Counted from the first letter of the stretch, positions 9,252 through 18,720 are shown. The stretch is DNA of 64,000 nucleotides from an uncultured Defluviitaleaceae bacterium (GCA_964611385.1 CAZSXS010000006.1:26-64025), one strand, 5' to 3'. Program-made: numbers and translations. The notes: generated by a model not told the origin, from the letters alone.

Positions 9252-9755
9252 CTATTCAGCCTTTTTTTCTGCAATGGCGTTAGCCACTCTTGCAAAGGTA
9301 GCCATCGGAGACTTGAAGGAGCCAAGTAAACGGGAAATAAGCTCTTCTCTTGGTGGGATTTGCGCTACTGCCTTTACGCCCTCTGCATCATAAACTACGC
9401 TTTCAAATACACCAGCCTTAAATTCAAGCTTGGGCATTGCCTTCAGCTCTTTGCTGATCAAACGGGCTGCAAGGGTTGCATCCTCGTAACAAGCAGCAAG
9501 AGCTGTGGGCCCATTCAGGTAAGGGGAGAGTCCGGCATAAGGGGTATCCTTGATGGCAAACTCAATCATGGTATTTTTGTATACCTTATAATCTATCTTT
9601 GCTTCACGGAGCATTTTACGCAGGGATGTATCTTGTAAAACGGTAAGGCCCCGGGCATCTACTAAGGTTACGGATTTTGCTTTTTCCAGCTTCTCCTTAA
9701 TCTCAGCTATGACGGCTGCCTTTGCCTTTAATGCTTCTGCATTCGCTTTGGTCAT
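9252..9755 (-). CDS. rplJ: 50S ribosomal protein L10
   Basis: The start was moved to the ATG at 9755 (MTKANAEALKAK), preceded by AAGGAGGTG. The longer track ORF runs through the leader. Confidence 0.9.
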   Translation of the reverse strand: MTKANAEALKAKAAVIAEIKEKLEKAKSVTLVDARGLTVLQDTSLRKMLREAKIDYKVYKNTMIEFAIKDTPYAGLSPYLNGPTALAACYEDATLAARLISKELKAMPKLEFKAGVFESVVYDAEGVKAVAQIPPREELISRLLGSFKSPMATFARVANAIAEKKAE

Positions 9756-10052
9756 GTTCACACCTCCTTTCAATAATGAAATTTCTGAATCAACGCAAAC
9801 TAAATACCCTCTGTCCTTTTCAAAGCAGCAACATTTCAAGGGACGAATCCCAGGAAATCCGGATGCTTTCAAACAGACAGAGGGTTTTATCAAAATTCTT
9901 TACAAAGGTTATTTAAAGCTTTCGCTTACACTTTATATATAGAATCTCGGCGGGATTTTACAGAGGCTACCTTCTGCATGTATTAGAATGCATGCAGAAG
10001 AAGGCTAGTCTCAAACCTGCTGTCTACGATTTCATTATGATCAATTTTTTTC
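9756..10052 (-). promoter_or_regulatory. Probable L10 (rplJ) leader/attenuator region
   Basis: A 297-nt untranslated gap lies between rplA and rplJ. It contains a 10-bp hairpin (9971..10000) and a roughly 20-bp imperfect hairpin (9807..9884) followed by a U-rich tract. The assignment rests on position and structure only. Confidence 0.4.
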
Positions 10053-10763
10053 TTAGTTGGATGAGGATGTATCCGAAATCTTACTTGGATTCACCTTGAT
10101 ACCAGGGCCCATGGTGGAGCAAAGAACAACACTCTTAAGGTATTGACCTTTAGCAGCCGCAGGCTTAGCCTTAATGACTGCGCTCATGAGTGTGTCGAAG
10201 TTCTCACGGATTTTTTCAGATCCGAAAGAAACGCGTCCGATAGGAACGTGAATGATATTGGTTTTGTCCAGACGGTATTCAATCTTACCGGCTTTGATGT
10301 CGGTTACAGCCTTGGCAACGTCCATAGTAACTGTACCAGCCTTGGGGTTTGGCATTAAGCCCTTGGGACCCAGAACACGTCCGATGCGTCCTACGACACC
10401 CATCATATCGGGTGTTGCAACAGCAACGTCAAACTCGAACCAGTTTTCATTTTGAATCTTTGCAATTAAATCCTCGGCACCGACATAGTCTGCGCCGGCG
10501 GCTAGCGCCTCGTTTGCCTTTTCGCCCTTGGTAAATACCAGTACACGAACCTTTTTACCGGTACCATGGGGCAATACAACAGCACCGCGCACCTGTTGAT
10601 CGGCATGTCTTGAGTCTACACCCAAACGAATGTGGGCTTCTATGGTTTCATCAAATTTTGCGACGGATGTCTTTTGCACTAAATCGACTGCATCCGCTAC
10701 TTCATAGAGGGTAGTGGCGTTGACAAGTTTTGCCTTGTCTTGGTATTTCTTTCCTCTTTTCAT
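10053..10763 (-). CDS. rplA: 50S ribosomal protein L1
   Basis: ATG at 10763 (MKRGKKYQ) with a GGAGGA RBS. Canonical L1 sequence. Confidence 0.93.
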   Translation of the reverse strand: MKRGKKYQDKAKLVNATTLYEVADAVDLVQKTSVAKFDETIEAHIRLGVDSRHADQQVRGAVVLPHGTGKKVRVLVFTKGEKANEALAAGADYVGAEDLIAKIQNENWFEFDVAVATPDMMGVVGRIGRVLGPKGLMPNPKAGTVTMDVAKAVTDIKAGKIEYRLDKTNIIHVPIGRVSFGSEKIRENFDTLMSAVIKAKPAAAKGQYLKSVVLCSTMGPGIKVNPSKISDTSSSN

Positions 10764-10823
10764 ATTTTCCTCCTCGTGGTAATGGCTTTTATGCTCCCAC
10801 AATTTCTTCTACTATCCTTACTG

Positions 10824-11249
10824 TTATTCCTTGATGGTGACGCCCATGCTTCTAGCAGTTCCGGCGATCATGCTCATAGCAGCTTCTATGGAAGCGGCGT
10901 TTAAGTCTGTCATCTTTGTCTCAGCAATTTTCTTTAATTCCTCTTTGGTAATGCTGGCTACCTTCGTCTTGTTGGGAACGGCGGAGCCGGATTCAATCTT
11001 GCATGCCTTTTTGATTAAAACGGCAGCTGGAGGGGTCTTTGTAATAAAGCTGAAGCTCTTATCTTGATAAATTGTAATAACTACAGGAATGATGTAACCC
11101 ACCTGTGATTGTGTTCTTTCGTTAAACTCCTTGCAAAAACCCATGATATTTACACCGTGCTGACCGAGGGCTGGGCCTACGGGAGGAGCGGGTGTTGCCT
11201 TTCCGGCATTGATCTGAAGTTTAACATAACCTGAAACTTTCTTTGCCAT
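10824..11249 (-). CDS. rplK: 50S ribosomal protein L11
   Basis: MAKKV...[26 protein letters not shown], canonical for L11. Confidence 0.95.
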   Translation of the reverse strand: MAKKVSGYVKLQINAGKATPAPPVGPALGQHGVNIMGFCKEFNERTQSQVGYIIPVVITIYQDKSFSFITKTPPAAVLIKKACKIESGSAVPNKTKVASITKEELKKIAETKMTDLNAASIEAAMSMIAGTARSMGVTIKE

Positions 11250-11309
11250 TATAAACCTCCTGGTTTAATCCTAATTCATTTTCATTTCAATCCTCATCAA
11301 ACAATCCAA

Positions 11310-11828
11310 TTAAAGAGCCTGAACTTGATTAAATTCCAGCTCCACGGGGGTTTCCCGGGCAAAAATGGAAAGCTTGACAATAACAACTTTTTTGTTTTTG
11401 TTGATTTCGGCAACAATGCCGATGGAACCCTCAAAGGGTCCGTCTGTAACCCTAACGGAATCACCCTCAGCAAACTTTAAGATTTCCTCGATATGGTCTA
11501 TGCCCATGAAAATAATCTCTTCATCGGAGAGCGGAACGGGTTTGGAACCGGGCCCAACAAAGCTGGTAACGCCACGGGTGTTTCTAACCACATACCAAGT
11601 CTCGTCGTTCATGATCATTTTAATCAGCACATAACCAGGGAAGATCTTCCGCTGAACAAGCTTCTTTTGACCGTTTTTGATCTCTAGGGAGTCGTTCGTT
11701 GGGACGGCAACCTGAAGAATCTGGTCCTGCATGTTTCTGTTTTCAACTATTTTTTCGATATTGGCTTTTACTTTATTTTCGTACCCTGAGTAGGTATGAA
11801 CAACATACCACTTGGCTTGTTCGGACAT
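11310..11828 (-). CDS. nusG: Transcription termination/antitermination factor NusG
   Basis: WYVVHTYSGYENKVK at the N-terminus and a KOW domain at the C-terminus. Conserved position between secE and rplK. Confidence 0.93.
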   Translation of the reverse strand: MSEQAKWYVVHTYSGYENKVKANIEKIVENRNMQDQILQVAVPTNDSLEIKNGQKKLVQRKIFPGYVLIKMIMNDETWYVVRNTRGVTSFVGPGSKPVPLSDEEIIFMGIDHIEEILKFAEGDSVRVTDGPFEGSIGIVAEINKNKKVVIVKLSIFARETPVELEFNQVQAL

Positions 11829-11867
11829 GATTCACCTCAAAAACGAGTTCGGTTTTGCAAAAAAACC

Positions 11868-12092
11868 TTACAGTAGCGAAACAAAGAACGAGAAGGCTGC
11901 CGCAAAACCGGCGTCCAGCACACAAATGACGGCGCCAATAATCAAAGAAATGGTGATAACGGAAACCGTAGACTTGATTAAGGTTTGGCGATCAGGCCAA
12001 ATAATCTTCCTGTATTCGCCCGTATAGTCGCTGTAAGTTGTTACGGAAGATTGAATAAACTTTTGTCTTCGGGCTTCAAAAGATTCGCTCAT
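11868..12092 (-). CDS. secE: Preprotein translocase subunit SecE
   Basis: A 74-aa protein with a single C-terminal TM helix, in the conserved position between rpmG and nusG. Confidence 0.8.
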   Translation of the reverse strand: MSESFEARRQKFIQSSVTTYSDYTGEYRKIIWPDRQTLIKSTVSVITISLIIGAVICVLDAGFAAAFSFFVSLL

Positions 12093-12205
12093 TTTGACCT
12101 CCTAACAGCCTATGGCTGCACCCGCCCATCTTTTATGATCAGCAAGGAAGCGTTATCCATGGCTATCGTATTTTTCAAAAACAACCGATGGCTGCTTTTT
12201 TCGTC

Positions 12206-12355
12206 TTATTTTGTTTCACGGTGAAGGGTGTGCTTGTCGCAAAACTTGCAGTACTTCTTCATTTCCATTCTGTCGGGATGCGTCTTTTTTTCCTTAGTGG
12301 AATTATAATTACGCTGTTTACATTCGGTACAAGCCAATGTCATCCTGGTTCTCAA
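12206..12355 (-). CDS. rpmG: 50S ribosomal protein L33 (absent from the ORF track because it is shorter than 60 aa)
   Basis: Manual translation gives [49 protein letters not shown]. The TTG start is preceded by GAGGTG at a 7-nt spacing. CxxC...CxxC zinc motif. Confidence 0.85.
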   Translation of the reverse strand: MRTRMTLACTECKQRNYNSTKEKKTHPDRMEMKKYCKFCDKHTLHRETK

Positions 12356-12491
12356 TTGATTTCACCTCGCCTTTACAAACCGCCTTTAAGTAATTTTTGC
12401 ATAAAAAAAAGACCCTTAAAAATCCTTGTCTGGAAGAATAACACACGCTTGAAAATCTGTCAAGCATTTTTCAAAATAGAATTGCGAAATG

Positions 12492-12530
12492 AAAAAGGTA
12501 TTGCCGAATAAACAAGGCAATACCTTTTTT
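12492..12530 (-). terminator. Terminator after the MFS gene
   Basis: AGGTATTGCC / GGCAATACCT stem flanked by A- and T-runs. Confidence 0.7.
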
Positions 12531-12533
12531 GGA

Positions 12534-13826
12534 TTACACGCTCGCCTCTCTATCCTTGATCTTCGCCTTGTACTGAACATAAAAAATCATGCTGCATAAA
12601 AAGCGAAGACCGGAGGCAATAAACAAAGTCAAGTTAATCCCTAGCAATCTTAAGAGAAAGTAGGCCGCCAGGGGTGAGAGGAAAAGACTGACGTTTGAAA
12701 AGGTGTTGTAAACGCTGATGTATACCAGCCGGTTGTCGTCGGGGCTGGCAAAAAGAAGACCGTTTAATAGGCTCATATTGATTCCGGCAACGCAGAAGCC
12801 TCCCAGCATACTGCCCAAGGTCATAACATACACGTTGGGGATCAGGGGATAGAAGAACAGATTCACAGCCAGAGTAACCATGGCCAACCATATGGCGTAG
12901 TGATTGCCTTTCTTGGAGATGATCCGGTTCCAACGCCCAGCGGTAAAGAAGGAAGTGGCGCCGGAGCAGACGGCAAAGATCGCAAACCAAAACTCATTCG
13001 CATTTAAGGTGTCGATCTGATAAATGGTGCAAAGAGGCCAGCCCATCTGCCACATAAAACTAAAAGACAGAGTCGTGACAAAATATTTCATGAAGGCCTT
13101 GTCTTTAAAAATAAGCTTGACAACAGATAGCTCCAGTTTATGCGCTGTGTTTTCCTGCTGCGCAACCTTGAAACGGTTAAAGACAATGATTTCGGCAATG
13201 CCCACCAGAAAGGCAAAGATGAAAAACATCTGATAAATCCGTATGGTGTGCTCGTTGCCCTTTTCACCACCGGAGGCCGAACTGAGTACTAGACCTGTAA
13301 TGAGCGTTACCAACACCACCATGATGTAACCCGCCTTACTCCGAAGACCAATAGCATAGGAGCGTACACGCCCGTCAAACACACTGCCTAACAGTCCTTG
13401 CAGGGAGGTTTGAGAGAGGGCCTCGGGTAAATTCATAGTGGAGATTAAAATCACGCATAAAAGCGGCCACAGCTGCTGGGGAAAGAAGGGGATGAAAAAA
13501 AGACCCAGAAGAAAGGTTCGAGAGAGAGCAAAAAACAGCGTGGTGACTCGTTTTTTATTCTTAAATCGGGAAATAAAAATAGCCCCGGGAATTAACACCA
13601 AGGCAGCAACCAGTCCGGGCAGGGAATTTAACAGAGAAATAAAAAACTCCCCCCCACCCAGCCTTTGTAAAAACTTTGCTAAGAAGGGCTTGTAGGTATT
13701 CAATACGATATCATACAAAATACCGTATGTAATAAAAATCATAATATTAGGGTTTGTTTTATTGAGGTAATCCACTCTTGATTTTACATTGTGGATATAT
13801 TTTTTAATGGGAATCGCCGGATTCAT
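12534..13826 (-). CDS. MFS transporter
   Basis: About 12 predicted TM segments. The start is set at the second ATG (MNPAIP), which has GGAGG 5 nt upstream. Confidence 0.75.
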   Translation of the reverse strand: MNPAIPIKKYIHNVKSRVDYLNKTNPNIMIFITYGILYDIVLNTYKPFLAKFLQRLGGGEFFISLLNSLPGLVAALVLIPGAIFISRFKNKKRVTTLFFALSRTFLLGLFFIPFFPQQLWPLLCVILISTMNLPEALSQTSLQGLLGSVFDGRVRSYAIGLRSKAGYIMVVLVTLITGLVLSSASGGEKGNEHTIRIYQMFFIFAFLVGIAEIIVFNRFKVAQQENTAHKLELSVVKLIFKDKAFMKYFVTTLSFSFMWQMGWPLCTIYQIDTLNANEFWFAIFAVCSGATSFFTAGRWNRIISKKGNHYAIWLAMVTLAVNLFFYPLIPNVYVMTLGSMLGGFCVAGINMSLLNGLLFASPDDNRLVYISVYNTFSNVSLFLSPLAAYFLLRLLGINLTLFIASGLRFLCSMIFYVQYKAKIKDREASV

Positions 13827-13853
13827 ACAAACCTCCATATGCTACTGTTTAAA

Positions 13854-14663
13854 CTAGACCTGAAACACAAACTGATTCATGGCTTCTGTAACTGCATGAT
13901 GATTATTGTCTGCCTTCGTTATATAGTTGGCGTGTTTTTTAACCCCGTCGTCGGCATGGGCCGGAGCAACGCCTATCCCTGCTGTTTGCAGCATCGTGAT
14001 ATCATTAAAATTATCCCCCATAGCTAGGGCTTCCTCAGGCTGGATGTTAAAGGTTTTCAGTACAAAGTTAAGCCCCGCCCCCTTGTGGGCATTCAAATGA
14101 GAAAACTCCAACAAATCACCGGCGGTAAAGAACATATTGCACTTGCCTTCTACCTTGTCCTTCATGAACTCGAAGATCTGAGTCAAATTCTCATAGCTGC
14201 CTTTGACCAGAATTTTTGAAATATCGCTGCCAAGGGAATCCAGGCGATTCACATATTCAATGGGAATCCGGGCTCTGACTTCATAATTGTGGGCGATATC
14301 GGAGCGGCGGTCTGAGAAAAGACGGTCACCAATATAAATCAGTGTGTCAGCATGAAAGGGCTTGATTTCATTGATTATGTACTTATAGGTTTCTTCTTCC
14401 ATCATCAGTTGGCGTATCACTTCCCGATTGTGCGAGCGGCAGACCACCCCGCCATTAAAGCCTACAGTCAAGTTTCCCTCCTCCCTGTGATCCAACAGAT
14501 CCTCAAAACGTTGAATGGACTTGATGGCTCGACCAGAGTTAATCACCACCCGTATCCCCATGGCTTTCAGTCGTCGTATGGTTTCCTTGTCCTCAGTGCT
14601 GATCTCTGATCGACTGTTTAACAGAGTGCCATCTAAATCCAATGAAACTAATTTGATTGACAT
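13854..14663 (-). CDS. Cof-type HAD-IIB family hydrolase
   Basis: DLDGTLL motif I, SGR motif II and a C-terminal GDNFNDITM motif. Confidence 0.85.
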   Translation of the reverse strand: MSIKLVSLDLDGTLLNSRSEISTEDKETIRRLKAMGIRVVINSGRAIKSIQRFEDLLDHREEGNLTVGFNGGVVCRSHNREVIRQLMMEEETYKYIINEIKPFHADTLIYIGDRLFSDRRSDIAHNYEVRARIPIEYVNRLDSLGSDISKILVKGSYENLTQIFEFMKDKVEGKCNMFFTAGDLLEFSHLNAHKGAGLNFVLKTFNIQPEEALAMGDNFNDITMLQTAGIGVAPAHADDGVKKHANYITKADNNHHAVTEAMNQFVFQV

Positions 14664-14686
14664 TTATATCCTCCATGTGTTAAAGT
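14657..14686 (+). promoter_or_regulatory. Candidate sigma-A promoter for the TPP leader
   Basis: TTGACA, an 18-nt spacer with a TG, then TAAAGT. Confidence 0.4.
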
Positions 14687-14695
14687 ATGTTCATA

Positions 14696-14780
14696 AATAG
14701 CTAGGGGTGCTTACCTTATTGAGTAGGCTGAGATGTACCCTTTGTACCTGATACGGGTAATACCGTCGTAGGAAAGCTAA
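14696..14780 (+). promoter_or_regulatory. TPP (THI-box) riboswitch aptamer
   Basis: AGGGGTGC...GCTGAGA...ACCCTTTGTACCTGATACGGGTAATACCGTCGTAGGAA with P1 TAGCT/AGCTA. It matches the conserved THI-box core. Confidence 0.85.
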
Positions 14781-14829
14781 TCAAAACATAATTGTATAAT
14801 TTTTTATTGTACGAATATTGTATATTGTT

Positions 14830-14873
14830 GGCCTCCTACAAAAATTTTTTATAATTTTAGGAGGTCTTTTTTT
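14830..14873 (+). terminator. Riboswitch expression platform: hairpin sequestering the thiT RBS, followed by a T-run
   Basis: GCCTCCTA...TAGGAGGTC stem followed by TTTTTTT, ending at the ATG. The AGGAGG RBS forms the 3' arm. Confidence 0.6.
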
Positions 14874-15413
14874 ATGAAGTTTACAAAAACCCTAACTTAT
14901 TCCGCCGTTTGTACGGCCTTGGCAGTAACCTTGTCTTACGTTACGCTTTTCAGAATGCCCCAAGGCGGCTCAGTTTCAGCCTGTAGTATGATCTTTATTA
15001 CCCTAGTGGGCTATTGGTTTGGCATCGTGCCTGCCTTGATGGCAGGCGTGGTCATGGGCTTGATGCAACTTTTTTTGGGGGGCTATGTGGTGGGGCTTTT
15101 TCAAATGCTTTTGGATTATCCCCTTTCCTTTGCGGCTTTGGGTTTATCCGGCCTATTCAAGAAAAAGTCCCTACCGAACATAGCCTCCTTGGATTGGAGG
15201 TTGTATGCCGGCTTTTCACTGGGCGCTTTTGGGCGTTTGTTCTGCAATTTTCTTTCGGGGCTTTTGTTTTTTTCTGCCTATGTTCCGGAAGGCATGAATC
15301 CCTATTGGTATTCCTTTGCGTACAATGCTTCTTTTATCATTCCCGAAATGATTATTTCTATGATACTAATTTCAATCCCCGCTGTTCGGCGGGCAATCAA
15401 CGCCGTAAAATGA
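14874..15413 (+). CDS. thiT: Thiamine ECF-transporter S component (ThiT/YuaJ-like)
   Basis: A six-TM small protein with the FRMPQGGSVS motif typical of ECF S components, directly downstream of the TPP riboswitch. Confidence 0.75.
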   Translation: MKFTKTLTYSAVCTALAVTLSYVTLFRMPQGGSVSACSMIFITLVGYWFGIVPALMAGVVMGLMQLFLGGYVVGLFQMLLDYPLSFAALGLSGLFKKKSLPNIASLDWRLYAGFSLGAFGRLFCNFLSGLLFFSAYVPEGMNPYWYSFAYNASFIIPEMIISMILISIPAVRRAINAVK

Positions 15414-15444
15414 CAAAAAAATGGACTCTGGATTGGCCTATGGT

Positions 15445-16320
15445 TTACCCTAGCTGTTTAAACATACATATCAGCCGATCCAGATCATCTTCGTTATAGT
15501 ATTCGATTTCAATCTTCCCTTTGCTCTTCCCTTTTTTAATTAGCACCCGTGTACTTAATATTGTATTCAATTCATTTTCAAGATGCTTATATTCACTTTC
15601 TTTCGTTGGCCTTTCAAGCTCCTTCGGCGGGTTTGAGAGGCCTTTTATATAGAGTTCTGTCTCCCGCACGCTCAGGTCGTTTTCGATAATTCGCTCACAA
15701 AGCAAAAACTGATCCTCATGACTAAAGCCCAAGCTTTCCATACCCAGGAGCAAAAGCCCATGAGAAACACTGAGCCGCCCGTTAATTATAAATTCCTGCA
15801 CACGATTATCCAAAGAGAGGAGGCTCATTGCTCGAGAGATATGATTCCGGTGACGACCGATTTTCTCTGCCAAACTCTCATGCGTGAAAAAATAGTCTTC
15901 CACCAGCCGCTTATAACAATAGCCTTCTTCAATAGGATTCAAATCCTTGCGTTGCAGGTTTTCGATCAAAGCAACCTGTAGGGCTTCCATCTCCGTATAA
16001 TTTTTGATGATCACCGGAATCTTTGTCAGCTTTGCCAGGCGGCAAGCACGCCAGCGTCTTTCGCCGGCAATGATGGTATAATACTCCCCGTTTTTATTAA
16101 CAATGATGGGCTGAACCACGCCCACAGCTTTGATAGACTCGGCCAGCTCCAGTAGGCTTTCGTCATCAAAGTATTTTCTTGGCTGTCCGCTGCTTGGTTC
16201 GATCAGATTGATATCAAGTTCTGTGACGAAGCTTTCGGTTTGCGTGTTTTTATCTTCGGTAGATTTACTTTCGGTAAACAGGGCATCCAGGCCCTTTCCC
16301 AGTCCCAATGCTTTTTTCAT
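15445..16320 (-). CDS. parB: Chromosome partitioning protein ParB/Spo0J
   Basis: ParB box IIAGERRWRA plus an HTH. It overlaps the soj stop by 4 nt. Confidence 0.9.
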   Translation of the reverse strand: MKKALGLGKGLDALFTESKSTEDKNTQTESFVTELDINLIEPSSGQPRKYFDDESLLELAESIKAVGVVQPIIVNKNGEYYTIIAGERRWRACRLAKLTKIPVIIKNYTEMEALQVALIENLQRKDLNPIEEGYCYKRLVEDYFFTHESLAEKIGRHRNHISRAMSLLSLDNRVQEFIINGRLSVSHGLLLLGMESLGFSHEDQFLLCERIIENDLSVRETELYIKGLSNPPKELERPTKESEYKHLENELNTILSTRVLIKKGKSKGKIEIEYYNEDDLDRLICMFKQLG

Positions 16321-17078
16321 TTTTTCTTGATAACCTCCTCTGCCAAAAGCAAATAACTTTCTGCACCCTTAGAGCGGGCATCATATTTTATAACCGGCAA
16401 ACCATGGCTTGGAGCTTCGCTTAAGCGCACGTTACGCGGTATAATGCTTCTGTAAACGTTTTTCGCCAAGTTTTTTTTCACCTCTTCCACAACCTGCATA
16501 GACAAGTTTGTACGGGAATCAAACATAGTAAACACGATGCCCTCTAGCTTTAAGCTACTATTGAGGGCTTTTTTAACAAGTTCGATTGTATGTAAAAGCT
16601 GAGATAGTCCTTCCAGTGCATAATATTCACACTGGATGGGAACCAGGACGGTATCTGCGGCTGTGAGGGCATTAAGGGTCAGCAGGTTTAAAGAGGGGGG
16701 GCAATCAATGAGGACGAAATCATAGAGGTATTTACAATTATTAACAATTTTTTTCAAAAGAAATTCTCGTTTTTCTCTTGAAATCAGTTCGATTTCTGCA
16801 CCGGCCAAATTAATATTGGCAGGCAGAAGGAATAGATCTTTTACGCAGGTTTCCTTTATTATTTCCTCAATATAGCACTCATTCAAAAGGAGATTATAAA
16901 AAGTTAAGCCCAGGCTATTTTTATCAATGCCCAGGCCACTGGTGGCATTGCCCTGGGGGTCGCTATCAATGAGCAGCACTTTTTTTCCCAGTACCGCCAG
17001 GCTTGCTGACAAATTGATTGCTGTTGTGGTTTTTCCTACGCCGCCTTTTTGGTTGGCTACGGCGATCACTCTACTCAA
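16317..17078 (-). CDS. soj: ParA/Soj ATPase
   Basis: Deviant Walker A NQKGGVGKTT. The start is set at the TTG at 17078 (LSRVIAVANQKGG), downstream of a GGAGGAAGG purine tract. The longer track ORF translates a repeat element. Confidence 0.85.
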   Translation of the reverse strand: MSRVIAVANQKGGVGKTTTAINLSASLAVLGKKVLLIDSDPQGNATSGLGIDKNSLGLTFYNLLLNECYIEEIIKETCVKDLFLLPANINLAGAEIELISREKREFLLKKIVNNCKYLYDFVLIDCPPSLNLLTLNALTAADTVLVPIQCEYYALEGLSQLLHTIELVKKALNSSLKLEGIVFTMFDSRTNLSMQVVEEVKKNLAKNVYRSIIPRNVRLSEAPSHGLPVIKYDARSKGAESYLLLAEEVIKKK

Positions 17079-17097
17079 TCTGCTTCCCTTCCTTCCT

Positions 17098-17147
17098 CCA
17101 CACCCCCATCCTTCCCTTTTCAAAAAGCCGGGAATGGGTGGGTTTGG
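17098..17147 (-). repeat. Copy A of a ~50-nt start-proximal repeat (CCGGCTTTTTGAAAAGGGAAGGATGGGGGTGTGG)
   Basis: Near-identical core to 18667..18720 (+) and 63737..63790 (-). It lies about 20 nt upstream of the soj start, in sense orientation. Confidence 0.8.
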
Positions 17148-17348
17148 TGTTTGTTTTGTTTGGTTTATTTGTTTTGGTATGACGGTTATTGTACTTTTTG
17201 GGCATTATAACATTGAGGGTACTTGATTTCAATATTATGGAAAAAATTTTAAAAAGTAGCTTGTTTCGCAATTTATTTTTTGGTAAATAATTTGGTCTTT
17301 TGACCGAAATGCATAGGATTGGTTTGGGAATTTTTTTGGTGGCTCCTA

Positions 17349-17379
17349 TTGACATTCACGTTACGGCATCGTTTATTCT
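17349..17379 (+). promoter_or_regulatory. Candidate MerR-type promoter with a 19-bp spacer
   Basis: TTGACA, a 19-nt spacer, then TATTCT, 22 nt upstream of the MerR-family ATG. Confidence 0.4.
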
Positions 17380-17400
17380 GAATCAGGTGAGGTGAAAAGG

Positions 17401-18174
17401 ATGGAATACAGTATCAATCAGCTGTCAAAATTGGCAGGGGTAAGCAAGAGAACGTTACGGTATTATGATGAGATTGGGCTATTGAAGCCCACGCGGTTGA
17501 ACGCATCGAAATATCGCATCTATGGGCAGCCGGAGGTAGATCGGCTTCAGCAGATTTTGTTTTATCGGGCCTTGGGGTTTGGGCTTGATGAAATTCAATT
17601 CATTGTCTCGGCCAAGGACTTTGACAGGGAAAGGGCTTTGTATGATCATCTTGAAGCCCTTACCCAAAAGAAAGAGCAACTGGAGTTGCTGATCTCAAAT
17701 GTACAAAAGACCATACGGAGTATGAAAGGGGAATTGATCATGCAAGATCGAGAAAAATTTGAAGGCTTCAAGCAAAAAATGATGGACGAGAATGAAGCAA
17801 ACTATGGTGAGGAGGTTCGGAAGAGGTATGGTAAGGATACGGTGAATGCCTCCAACGCCAAATTTAAAAACATGACACAGGAGCAATATGCAGAAATGGA
17901 ACGGCTTTCGGCAGAGGTAAACCAAACACTTAAGGAGGCCATGGCCTCTGGCGACCCGAAGGGGCAACTGGCGCAAAAGGCCTGCGACCTTCACCGCCGA
18001 TGGCTGTGTTTTTTCTGGGAGAAGGGCATGTACTCCAAGGAGACACATACGAACCTGGTGCAGATGTATTGTGATGACGAACGCTTTCGAGATTTTTATG
18101 TCAAGAATGTTGGCGAGGGGGCAGCAGAATTTTTGCGTGAAGCGATGGACAGTTACCAACCGCTGACGGATTAA
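17401..18174 (+). CDS. MerR family regulator with a TipAS-like C-terminal domain
   Basis: N-terminal HTH YSINQLSKLAGVSKRTLRYYDEIGLL. The C-terminal YCDDERFRDFY segment is typical of the TipAS domain. ATG at 17401 after GGTGAGGTG. Confidence 0.85.
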   Translation: MEYSINQLSKLAGVSKRTLRYYDEIGLLKPTRLNASKYRIYGQPEVDRLQQILFYRALGFGLDEIQFIVSAKDFDRERALYDHLEALTQKKEQLELLISNVQKTIRSMKGELIMQDREKFEGFKQKMMDENEANYGEEVRKRYGKDTVNASNAKFKNMTQEQYAEMERLSAEVNQTLKEAMASGDPKGQLAQKACDLHRRWLCFFWEKGMYSKETHTNLVQMYCDDERFRDFYVKNVGEGAAEFLREAMDSYQPLTD

Positions 18175-18194
18175 AATTATTCTTTGAAAAATGC

Positions 18195-18223
18195 TTGACA
18201 CTCATGCAAAGGTATGCTATTTT
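18195..18223 (+). promoter_or_regulatory. Candidate sigma-A promoter of the leuA T-box leader
   Basis: TTGACA, a 17-nt spacer, then TATTTT. Confidence 0.5.
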
Positions 18224-18235
18224 ATCTGAAACTTA

Positions 18236-18648
18236 GAACCAATACAGATAACACTGTGAAAAGGAATAGTACGTATGGAAAAGGAGCGCAGAGAGCCATC
18301 GTTTGGTGTAAGATGGTGTCCTTCAAATGCCGAACTCGCCTTGGAGTGGCTTACTGAACTGTGAAGTAGGATAAGACGGGTGCCTCCCGATATAGAGGTC
18401 GGACATTGATTGCTTTTGCAAAGTGTCTATGAATGAGTTCTATACGAATTTGATTCCATGCCTTTTTTGATTGCCTGTCTACTAGCTGCAAGCAAATCGC
18501 TCGCCTCTACGTATGCGTTTTTCCATGCATACATCCATGCGTGCTGTTTTGTTTTTCGCTTTCATTTGGCTACCCATGAAATCAGTATAGAAAAATTAGA
18601 GTGGTACCGCGATAGCACCTCGCCTCTATATGGCTGGGTGCTTTTTTA
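18236..18648 (+). promoter_or_regulatory. T-box leader with a Leu (CUC) specifier
   Basis: Stem I elements AGAGAG and GGTGTAAG are present. The specifier loop reads GAA-CUC-G (CUC at 18335..18337). The T-box AAATTAGAGTGGTACCGCG lies at 18593..18611. A terminator AGCACC...GGTGCTTTTTT ends near 18648. Confidence 0.85.
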
Positions 18649-18666
18649 TTGCCCAAAATTCAAAAT

Positions 18667-18720
18667 CACCCCCCATGTCCGGCTTTTTTGAAAAGAGAGG
18701 GATGGGGGTGTGGTCTTAAT
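18667..18720 (+). repeat. Copy B of the ~50-nt start-proximal repeat
   Basis: CACCCCCCATGTCCGGCTTTTTTGAAAAGAGAGGGATGGGGGTGTGGTCTTAAT, located between the T-box terminator and the leuA start. Confidence 0.8.

Noticed and set aside
8757-9393. Plus-strand ORFs of 147 and 158 aa
   Set aside because: They are antisense shadows of rplL and rplJ, whose identities are unambiguous.
12211-12226. parS-like string TGTTTCACGGTGAAGG inside rpmG
   Set aside because: It has an extra base that breaks the CACGTG core and a mismatched right arm. It is not a credible parS.
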